Origin: Candidatus Aenigmatarchaeota archaeon
GTDB lineage: Archaea > Aenigmatarchaeota > Aenigmatarchaeia > QMZP01
Direction of reading: 5' to 3'
Assembly: GCA_038999435.1 (NCBI GenBank)
Contig: JAVZYR010000013.1
Location: 1-17,443 of the forward strand
DNA: 17,443 bases
Shown: one piece after another, positions 9,659 through 16,075 of the stretch
How the letters are laid out: each line of letters opens with the position of its first letter
Position numbering within the stretch: position 1 is the first letter of the stretch
The notes under the pieces: model-generated
The model's input: only the letters and a program-made list of their open reading frames with translations
The model's database searches: none
What the model was told of the DNA's origin: nothing
Program-made: the position numbers and the translations under genes

Positions 9659-9767
9659 CGGGCCCGGGAGGATATCCTTTTCGAGCCTTCTTGTGAAGAA
9701 TGGCCCAATCGAACCCCCAACCTTGGGCTTAGGACGCCCCTGCTCTATCCAATTGAGCTACGGGCCC
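9659..9767 (-). tRNA. tRNA-Arg(CCT) with a 35-nt intron in the T-loop; CCA not encoded
   Basis: Minus strand: GGGCCCG TA GCTC AATTGGATA GAGC A GGGGC GT-CCT-AA GCCCA AGGTT GGGGG TTCGAT[35 nt]T CCTCC CGGGCCC G. Perfect 7-bp acceptor stem, Arg identity element A20, 74 nt after intron removal, followed by a TTTT tract. Confidence 0.93.
9673..9707 (-). other. Non-canonical tRNA intron (best fit 59/60; 58/59 is the alternative)
   Basis: Removing TGGGCCATTCTTCACAAGAAGGCTCGAAAAGGATA restores a 7-nt T-loop TTCGATT. The insert folds as a hairpin (GGGCC/GGCTC plus TTCTT-CAC-AAGAA), and a 3-nt TAT bulge adjoins the T-stem. Confidence 0.85.
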
Positions 9768-9795
9768 TTATTTTTATATTAATTAAATACAATTT

Positions 9796-10767
9796 ATGCA
9801 AAAGCCCATATTTTGCATTTTATTTTTGATAATTTTAATCTCTGGTTGCACACAAACAGGAATGATAATTGATAATGTAACACAGGAGCAAGAATTACCA
9901 CAAAATATTAGCATTGAGCCACAACGTGTAAATGAAACACAAAATGTCATCGAGGAGCAAAATTTAACACAAAATGTATCTGTAATAAATCCCTGCGAAA
10001 ATATAACTTGTATGCCAAACAGGCAAACATGCCTTGATGGCTATGTTGCTGAATGCAAAAATTTTTGTGAGCCAGACACAGGAAAATGTAGCAATTGCAC
10101 ACCTTCATGTACTGGCCATGATACAGAATGTAGCAAAACCTGTGGTGCTTGTCAGCAATTGGATAAGATAAAATGTACATGTCAGGATATTAAACCATGT
10201 TGCGGAAATGGTATTTGCGAAAATGAGGAAAGTAGCGATAGCTGCCTTGAGGATTGTGAACCTGAGATAAAAACACAAACCATTGAGCTACATGTCTATA
10301 TCAGTGAGATAATGTACAATCCATCAACTGCACAAGGTAAAGATGATTACAATGAGTGGATTGAGATTCACAATCCAACAAACAACCCAATAAATCTTGA
10401 GGGTTGGATGCTTTGTGATGATATACTGAAATCAGGATATGTTCGCTATCCTGATAAAACTTTATTAGATGATAATGGATATGTACTTGAGCCAGGAAAA
10501 AGGGCCATAATCACTGATGGTGGAAGTGGTACTGAGGTTTATACCAATTTTGCAGTTGAGCCATCGCTTGCTTTGAATACAGGCAACAAATCATTGTTAT
10601 GTGGTGGCCTTACAAACTCGAATAGGACAATTACATTAAAAGATGATAAGGGCAATATCATCGATGAGGTAACTTATTACAGAACATGGGGTGCAGATGG
10701 TAATGGAAAATCTTTACAAAAAATCAACAATGAATGGGTAGAAGCAGAGCCAACACCAGGAAGATAA
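9796..10767 (+). CDS. Secreted lipoprotein with a Cys-rich region and a C-terminal lamin tail domain (LTD)
   Basis: Hydrophobic signal ending in lipobox-like ISGC (Cys18); 18 Cys in residues 67-154 including CCGNGICE...CLEDC; LTD signature ISEIMYNP...EWIEIHNP....INLEGWML...TPG. Confidence 0.85.
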   Translation: MQKPIFCILFLIILISGCTQTGMIIDNVTQEQELPQNISIEPQRVNETQNVIEEQNLTQNVSVINPCENITCMPNRQTCLDGYVAECKNFCEPDTGKCSNCTPSCTGHDTECSKTCGACQQLDKIKCTCQDIKPCCGNGICENEESSDSCLEDCEPEIKTQTIELHVYISEIMYNPSTAQGKDDYNEWIEIHNPTNNPINLEGWMLCDDILKSGYVRYPDKTLLDDNGYVLEPGKRAIITDGGSGTEVYTNFAVEPSLALNTGNKSLLCGGLTNSNRTITLKDDKGNIIDEVTYYRTWGADGNGKSLQKINNEWVEAEPTPGR

Positions 10768-11289
10768 TTATCTACAATCCTCACAAAGCCATTTTCCTGC
10801 AATCAGCTTTAGATTATCAGAATAGCCACCACAATTTTCGCATATACCAGATAAAACCTGTTTTGGCGCTGCAACGATACTGGCCCTTGCCTTTAGCTTT
10901 TCTGATAATATATCTATCAACTCTGGTGTTGTTATGAGTATCTCTTTATCAGATACTATACCAACAAGCCTACCACCATGCACCACAGGTATCCTTTTAT
11001 ATCCCGTCTTTACCATCCTTTTTGCAACATCCAAAATCGATTCTGATGGAACTGCAGTCACGAGTGGCCTTTTCTTTAAATCCTTTATTTTTGTTCTTTT
11101 TGGGCTCAAGCCATTTGCAACAACTGTTACAATATCCTCAGAAGTTACAATCCCAACAGGTCTTTCACCCTCCATTATAACAACAGAACCAACCTTATTT
11201 GTTGTCATTATCTTTGCAGCTTGCTCTATTGTTATGTTTTGGTTCGCTGTTATAACCCCCTTTTTCATTACCTCTTGAACCTTAATCAT
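10768..11289 (-). CDS. CBS-domain pair protein with a C-terminal Zn-ribbon
   Basis: Two CBS repeats (VQEVM...AAKIM...VGSVVI...VGIVTSEDI and VAKRM...RIPVV..GRLVGIVSDKEI) plus CENCG...LCEDC. TTTAAAT at 11315-11309 is a plausible TATA box. Confidence 0.9.
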   Translation of the reverse strand: MIKVQEVMKKGVITANQNITIEQAAKIMTTNKVGSVVIMEGERPVGIVTSEDIVTVVANGLSPKRTKIKDLKKRPLVTAVPSESILDVAKRMVKTGYKRIPVVHGGRLVGIVSDKEILITTPELIDILSEKLKARASIVAAPKQVLSGICENCGGYSDNLKLIAGKWLCEDCR

Positions 11290-11315
11290 ATTTCTAATTG
11301 TGCAAGTGATTTAAA

Positions 11316-12920
11316 TTACTTAAAAATCAAACCCTTAACATAATTTGTAAATATCTCTACTCCTTTTCCACAGCTATCCAGGCCCACTTCATTACCAAGG
11401 AAATATTTTCTTAAAAGAGATTCACAATCATTGCCTTTTATTTCTATTGTATTTGCTTTATTTCGAATATATGATGGTATAATCTCATTTGCAATCTTTT
11501 CTGCAGCCATTTTAATGACATATTTATCATCTGGTAGCTCAAGCGGATCTGGTTCAACAACACCAGGCTTTGGATTGTGTATTGTATCATCAGAGACAGA
11601 TGCACATACATGCTTATCTTCAGCTAAGATTGACATATCAATACATGCAGTTTTTGTGACCGTCTCAATCTGATAGTTCCAATATGCATATTCAGGGACT
11701 TGTATATACTGTGGAGTTTTGCTCAGTTGAGATTGTAAGGCTGCCTGATAGGAGATAAGCCCAAGCTGATTGAACGATTCACTAAGTGATTGTGCAGCGC
11801 GTGAAGAATTTTCCATACAACCAATCACACTTTGACATGGGCCATAATTCTGACTTTCAAGCGCTTTTTCTCTCTGCTTAGAAAGTTCGATTTCCATCTC
11901 CACACGCCTTATTTCTCTTTCTAGTTCATCATATTTTGGATTTCTTTCAGTACGATAGGAAGCAATGTATTCTTTTGTTGCAGACCTTATACTACTGATT
12001 TTATCGATGTTTATATTCTTAACATTACCAACAACTTTTATCTTTCCATCAGGCCCTGCATATGCCCATTTTCCAACCATACTTTCAAACACCTCTTCAA
12101 CGTTTAAGGTATCTTGTAAGAAGTCTTTATTTTGTGCTCCTATCTGAAAATCAAAGTCAAAACCAATCCTTTTTGCTAAACTCTTTCTAACCCTTTCAAC
12201 AGATTCGGCATCATCTGCTTTGAGATAATTAAAAAGGGATAGGCCATAATATCCTTTTGTTTCATACAGTTTGCCTTTTGCAAGCCACACATTCTTAAGA
12301 CCAGTTTTAGCATCTGTATTTTCAGGCTCCCAATCTAAAACATCATAATACAGCTTTTCTGCATCATCAAAAAGACCTGCACTAAGTTTTGTACTCGCCT
12401 TTGACATCATATCTTTGATTGCAACAGGTTCTATTTCCTCAAGCAATTTTCCAGCACCTAGTTTTGGATATATCTCTTCAGCCTCTTTTAATGCTGACCT
12501 TGCTTCAGCCCATTTCTTTTGTTTGATACAATCCTTACCTTTTTCATACATTTCATTTGCACGTGATATGGCATTTTTTGCAATCTCTATATTTTTTGCC
12601 GCCTCTTCTATCACACCAAATTTTTGTGTCCTTTCGAAAACATCTATTGCTTGCTCAAATTCTTTCATATTTAGAAGTTGAGATCCACATGAAAGGCCAG
12701 CATCAACATACTCAGATCTAAATTCACTTTTTTCTCCATATTTTGGTTGCATTTCAAGGGCAGATTCATAATGCTTAAATGCCTTGCAAAAATTACCCTT
12801 TTTCATTTCTGATTTTGCTTCAAATTTTTCATTTATAGCATTTAGTTTAAAATCAGCTTGTAAAGGACTTGAAAAATAAAGAAAACATGCTGCGGCAAGA
12901 TAGCCTAGCATCCTTTTCAT
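11316..12920 (-). CDS. Secreted TPR-repeat protein of unknown function
   Basis: Start placed at ATG 12920 (MKRMLGYLAAACFLYFSSPLQA, a signal peptide) with TTTAAA at -27. TPR-like units (AFKHYESALEMQP, AIDVFERT, AEKLYYDVLDWEPENTDAKTGL) are followed by an alpha/beta region containing a coiled coil. Confidence 0.8.
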   Translation of the reverse strand: MKRMLGYLAAACFLYFSSPLQADFKLNAINEKFEAKSEMKKGNFCKAFKHYESALEMQPKYGEKSEFRSEYVDAGLSCGSQLLNMKEFEQAIDVFERTQKFGVIEEAAKNIEIAKNAISRANEMYEKGKDCIKQKKWAEARSALKEAEEIYPKLGAGKLLEEIEPVAIKDMMSKASTKLSAGLFDDAEKLYYDVLDWEPENTDAKTGLKNVWLAKGKLYETKGYYGLSLFNYLKADDAESVERVRKSLAKRIGFDFDFQIGAQNKDFLQDTLNVEEVFESMVGKWAYAGPDGKIKVVGNVKNINIDKISSIRSATKEYIASYRTERNPKYDELEREIRRVEMEIELSKQREKALESQNYGPCQSVIGCMENSSRAAQSLSESFNQLGLISYQAALQSQLSKTPQYIQVPEYAYWNYQIETVTKTACIDMSILAEDKHVCASVSDDTIHNPKPGVVEPDPLELPDDKYVIKMAAEKIANEIIPSYIRNKANTIEIKGNDCESLLRKYFLGNEVGLDSCGKGVEIFTNYVKGLIFK

Positions 12921-12931
12921 GTATAATATTA

Positions 12932-12948
12932 GAAACTTAAATTTAAAC
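12932..12948. promoter_or_regulatory. Palindromic bidirectional TATA element (TTAAATTTAA, 12937-12946) between the TPR gene and the prenyl synthase gene
   Basis: Plus strand GAAAC-TTAAATTT at -31 to -24 from ATG 12968; minus strand TTTAAATT starting at -27 from ATG 12920. Confidence 0.55.
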
Positions 12949-12967
12949 ATTATGAACAATTTTCTTT

Positions 12968-14014
12968 ATGAATATAGAAGAGATGTTGATATCCAATTCA
13001 AAGGAAATAGACAGGCTTATAGAAAAATACATCCCTAAGCAAATCAGCAGGACATGGCTTAAAAATTTCAACCCCAGTTATGAGCCTGATGGCATTGCTT
13101 TACAACATGCAATAAATGAGCCTGTATGGGAATTTCTCAACAGAGGTGGAAAGAGGTTCAGGCCATTTCTTTATTTAACATTGCTTGAAGCACTTGGCGG
13201 AGATGTAAAGAAGTACAGGGATTGGGCTGCTCTCATAGAACTAACACACGAGGGCAGTATCATTGTCGATGACATTGAAGATAACGGTTTGTTGAGAAGA
13301 GGTAAACCATGTCTGCATCGCATTTTTGGTATAGACATAGCAGTGAATGCAGGCAATTTTATGTTTTTCTTGCCATTACTTATTTTTAAAAAACAGAGGC
13401 TTGAGCCAGAGTTAGCAAGCAAGGCATGGCAGATCTGGGCTGAAGAGATGACAACCATACATTTTGGTCAGGCATTGGATATATGGTGGCACAAAAAAAA
13501 GACGATACCAAGCGAAAAGCAATATATGCAGATGTGTGCATGGAAGACAGGAACACTGCTTAGGATGGCTGCACGGCTGGCAGGTCTGTTTGCAGGTAAG
13601 GATGAGGTTGTGCAGGCAAGGCTTGGCAGATTTGCTGAAATGGTTGGCATTGCATTCCAGATACAAGATGATATACTTGACATAATTGCAGATAGACAGC
13701 GTTTTGGCAAGGCATGGGGTAACGATATAACTGAAGGTAAAAAGACGTTGATGGTTATACACACATTTAAAAGGGCAGATAAAAGCGATAGGGAAGAGCT
13801 TTTGGCAATACTTAACAGCCATACACGTAACCCTGTGAAAATAAAAAGGGCAATAGAGATAATTAAAAAATATGATTCAATTCAATATGCACAGAAAAGA
13901 GCAGAGGAAATGGCAAACAAGGCATGGAAGGATATAGAAAGTATATTACAGGAAGGAAAGGCAAAGCAAAGGCTAAAGGAATTTGTGGAATTTCTCATAA
14001 AAAGGAGATGGTAG
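12968..14014 (+). CDS. idsA: trans-polyprenyl diphosphate synthase (GGPP synthase-like)
   Basis: GGKRFRP, first Asp-rich motif DDIED...RRG, GQALD, KTG, second Asp-rich motif FQIQDDILD, DITEGKKT. Confidence 0.92.
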   Translation: MNIEEMLISNSKEIDRLIEKYIPKQISRTWLKNFNPSYEPDGIALQHAINEPVWEFLNRGGKRFRPFLYLTLLEALGGDVKKYRDWAALIELTHEGSIIVDDIEDNGLLRRGKPCLHRIFGIDIAVNAGNFMFFLPLLIFKKQRLEPELASKAWQIWAEEMTTIHFGQALDIWWHKKKTIPSEKQYMQMCAWKTGTLLRMAARLAGLFAGKDEVVQARLGRFAEMVGIAFQIQDDILDIIADRQRFGKAWGNDITEGKKTLMVIHTFKRADKSDREELLAILNSHTRNPVKIKRAIEIIKKYDSIQYAQKRAEEMANKAWKDIESILQEGKAKQRLKEFVEFLIKRRW

Positions 14015-14015
14015 G

Positions 14016-14189
14016 ATGTGGCTTAAGATTGTAGAAAAGTTTAGGGAATGGAAAAGGGTTATGTCAGTTGCAAGAAAACCAGATAAGGACGAATTTCTTA
14101 CATCAGCGAAGATATGTGCACTTGGTATAACAATTATAGGCATAATCGGTTTTGTAATATTCCTCATCTTCATTTTCACAGGGATATGA
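14016..14189 (+). CDS. secE: Protein translocase subunit SecE (Sec61 gamma)
   Basis: Not in the ORF track (57 aa). Hand translation MWLKIVEKFREWKRVMSVARKPDKDEFLTSAKICALGITIIGIIGFVIFLIFIFTGI matches the RV..ARKP...EF...AK....G...IG.IGF pattern. It lies directly before spt5. Confidence 0.95.
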   Translation: MWLKIVEKFREWKRVMSVARKPDKDEFLTSAKICALGITIIGIIGFVIFLIFIFTGI

Positions 14190-14626
14190 TATACATCATC
14201 AGAACAACAGTTGGAAGGGAGGAGATTGTTGCAGATATGATACACTCTCGCGCAAAAGAGGAAAAGGCGATAAAGGCAATATTTCATCCCGCTGAGATAA
14301 AGGGTTATATATTCATAGAAGGAGAACATTCTGCAATACAAAGAGTAGCAACAGGCGTAATGCATGTAAAAGGGATTATACCAAAACCAGTTGAACTTGA
14401 TTCGATAAGACATTTTCTTGAACAGAAAAAGGAAGGAATAAGCCTTTCAATTGGTGATACTGTTGAAATTATTGGTGGCCCATTTAAAGGTGAGAAAGGA
14501 CGGGTGCAAAGGATAGAAAAGGATGAAGTGACTGTAGAATTGCTTGAGGCAGCAATACCCATACCTGTTACGATTGCTACAGAGTTTGTAAGGCTTATAA
14601 AACCTGCTGAAAAGAAAAATGGCTAA
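14186..14626 (+). CDS. spt5: Transcription elongation factor Spt5 (NusG)
   Basis: True start ATG 14186 (ATGA overlap with the secE stop). MIYIIRTTVGRE...KGYIFIE NGN domain and GDTVEIIGGPFKGEKGRV KOW motif, then ELLEAAIPIPVT. Confidence 0.96.
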   Translation: MIYIIRTTVGREEIVADMIHSRAKEEKAIKAIFHPAEIKGYIFIEGEHSAIQRVATGVMHVKGIIPKPVELDSIRHFLEQKKEGISLSIGDTVEIIGGPFKGEKGRVQRIEKDEVTVELLEAAIPIPVTIATEFVRLIKPAEKKNG

Positions 14627-15014
14627 GCTTGTGATTGGTGTTGGTGGGGCATTAATCAAAAATGGAAAAATCCTCATTCTCAAAAGAGCAAAAGGCAAAA
14701 CACTGGCTCAGCATTGGGAAATCCCAGGAGGCAAGATTGAGTCAGGAGAGGAACCAGATCAAGCCTTAAAAAGAGAATTCTTAGAGGAGACAGGCATTCG
14801 TGTAGAGATCATAAAGCCATATATTGTGTGGTATCAATCAATCTCTGATAGGCTTTATATTGAAATAGATTTTTTAGTTGATGCAAAGGATTTAAATGTA
14901 AAAATAAATCAAGGTGAGCACGAAGGTTGGGCATGGAAAAGCAAAAAAGAGTTAGAAAAAACAAAAATGACACCTGAAATGAGAAAGGCTGTTTTGGCTG
15001 CATTCAAAACTTAA
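14619..15014 (+). CDS. Nudix hydrolase (MutT-like)
   Basis: Complete Nudix box GGKIESGEEPDQALKREFLEETGI, with WEIPGG and EH...AW. Overlaps spt5 by 8 nt. Confidence 0.92.
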   Translation: MAKLVIGVGGALIKNGKILILKRAKGKTLAQHWEIPGGKIESGEEPDQALKREFLEETGIRVEIIKPYIVWYQSISDRLYIEIDFLVDAKDLNVKINQGEHEGWAWKSKKELEKTKMTPEMRKAVLAAFKT

Positions 15015-15036
15015 ATAAGCAAACCTAAAAAATTTT

Positions 15037-15579
15037 ATGCCAAAATTAAGCTTTAAGTTTTTAATAGATGCAGGGAAGGCAACGCCAGGTCCACCTATCG
15101 GTACAACATTAGGGCCGCTAAAGGTTAATATCGCAAAGATTGTTGAGGAGATGAATAAACAGACAAAAGAACTTACAGGCATGCAGGTTCCTGTCATTGT
15201 TAATGTGGACACAGACACAAAAGCATTTACATTAGAGGTTGGTACACCACCTGTTTCAGCACTCATAAAAAAGGAGCTAGGCATTGAAAAGGGCTCAATG
15301 AAGGCAAAAGAGATAAGGGTAGGGGATATGACAATGGCACAGGTAAGGGCAATTGCAAAGAAGAAATTCGGTTCTGATGAACAGACATATGTAAATCAGG
15401 TAATAGGCACTGCCCGCTCAATGGGTGTAACAATAGAAAAAGGCGCATTAACTGAAGAAGAAAAGAAGAAGCTTAAGGCAGCAGAGGCAGAAAGCCGTGC
15501 TGCAAAAGAGGCAGCAACTACAGCACCAGCATCAACAGCTCAGCCTGCAAAGACAGAGAAGCCAACAAAAAAGGCATAA
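15037..15579 (+). CDS. rpl11: 50S ribosomal protein uL11 with a low-complexity C-terminal tail
   Basis: GKATPGPPIG..LGP..VN, GMQVPV, EVGTPPVSALIKKELGIEKGS, VIGTARSMGV. TTAAATA at 15011-15017 is a candidate TATA box. Confidence 0.96.
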   Translation: MPKLSFKFLIDAGKATPGPPIGTTLGPLKVNIAKIVEEMNKQTKELTGMQVPVIVNVDTDTKAFTLEVGTPPVSALIKKELGIEKGSMKAKEIRVGDMTMAQVRAIAKKKFGSDEQTYVNQVIGTARSMGVTIEKGALTEEEKKKLKAAEAESRAAKEAATTAPASTAQPAKTEKPTKKA

Positions 15580-15580
15580 C

Positions 15581-15588
15581 TTTTTAAA
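15581..15588 (+). promoter_or_regulatory. TATA box (TTTTTAAA) for the 15610 gene, within a T-rich stretch that may also terminate rpl11
   Basis: Located -29 to -22 from ATG 15610. T-tracts at 15581-15585 and 15591-15595 follow the rpl11 stop. Confidence 0.55.
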
Positions 15589-15609
15589 CCTTTTTGTTAT
15601 ATTTCAGTA

Positions 15610-16020
15610 ATGAATATAGCAGATGAGTTTGAGAAAAATGCAGAAAAGATATTCTGGTCAATATTTATAATAGCAGGTGCCCTTGTGATATTTGCAGCAA
15701 ATGGCCATCCTGTACTTATGTATCTTGCACTCGGCTTTACGTTCATTGCACTTGGTTTACATAGGCTTGGTGAAGAGATAGCAAAAAGGCGGATAAATAA
15801 AGATTTTGACCGTCTTCTACTTGCTGTTGACCAAAGAGTTGGACAGGCAGAGGATATGCATGACAGGCTAAGGCTTCAACAAAATTATCGTTTTTTCCAT
15901 CTCGATAGAAAAAGGGCAAGCATAGAGCAAAGGATTGAAACTGAGTTCAGGCTACTTGCTCGGAAGATAATCGAGCTTGAAAACAGGCTGAATGAGATGA
16001 AAAAGGATTTAAAGAGATAA
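15610..16020 (+). CDS. Hypothetical membrane protein (two N-terminal TM helices and a C-terminal coiled coil)
   Basis: 136 aa. Hydrophobic IFWSIFIIAGALVIFAA and VLMYLALGFTFIALGL, then a charged heptad-like tail (LARKIIELENRLNEMKKDL). It fills the gap between rpl11 and rpl1. Confidence 0.75.
   Translation: MNIADEFEKNAEKIFWSIFIIAGALVIFAANGHPVLMYLALGFTFIALGLHRLGEEIAKRRINKDFDRLLLAVDQRVGQAEDMHDRLRLQQNYRFFHLDRKRASIEQRIETEFRLLARKIIELENRLNEMKKDLKR
16000..16015 (+). promoter_or_regulatory. Candidate internal BRE-TATA promoter for rpl1-rpl10
   Basis: Purine-rich AAAAAGGA followed by TTTAAAGA (16008-16015) predicts a start near 16036-16038, at the base of the leader hairpin. Confidence 0.45.
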
Positions 16021-16034
16021 AAACAATTATTTTT

Positions 16035-16075
16035 CATAGTCGTCCGTTGTACTGCTTAGGCAGGAGGATGTTATG
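16035..16075 (+). promoter_or_regulatory. Structured rpl1 leader, putative uL1 autoregulatory site covering the SD and start codon
   Basis: CATAG/TTATG and CGTCC/GGATG stems, a GTTGTA/GA internal loop, and a CTGC-TTAG-GCAG cap. Includes AGGAGG (16062-16067) and the ATG (16073-16075). Confidence 0.65.

Noticed and set aside
9768..9800. Leaderless tRNA transcription (RNase P independence, as in Nanoarchaeum)
   Set aside because: The only box at the right distance (CATAAATT) is a poor TATA match, and one tRNA is not enough to judge.
9632..9829. 65-aa plus-strand ORF
   Set aside because: It is the antisense reading of the tRNA-Arg gene and the minD promoter.
9659..12920. Possible island integrated at the tRNA (LTD, CBS and TPR genes)
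   Set aside because: No integrase or transposase, and I found no duplicated tRNA end (att site). The CBS gene is a common archaeal gene.
12921..12959. Upstream extension of the TPR ORF (MFIMFKFKFLILY)
   Set aside because: It covers the AT-rich divergent promoter. The signal peptide and TATA spacing favour ATG 12920.
14114..14185. 24-aa N-terminal extension of Spt5 in the ORF track
   Set aside because: It overlaps secE in another frame. Spt5 homology starts at ATG 14186.
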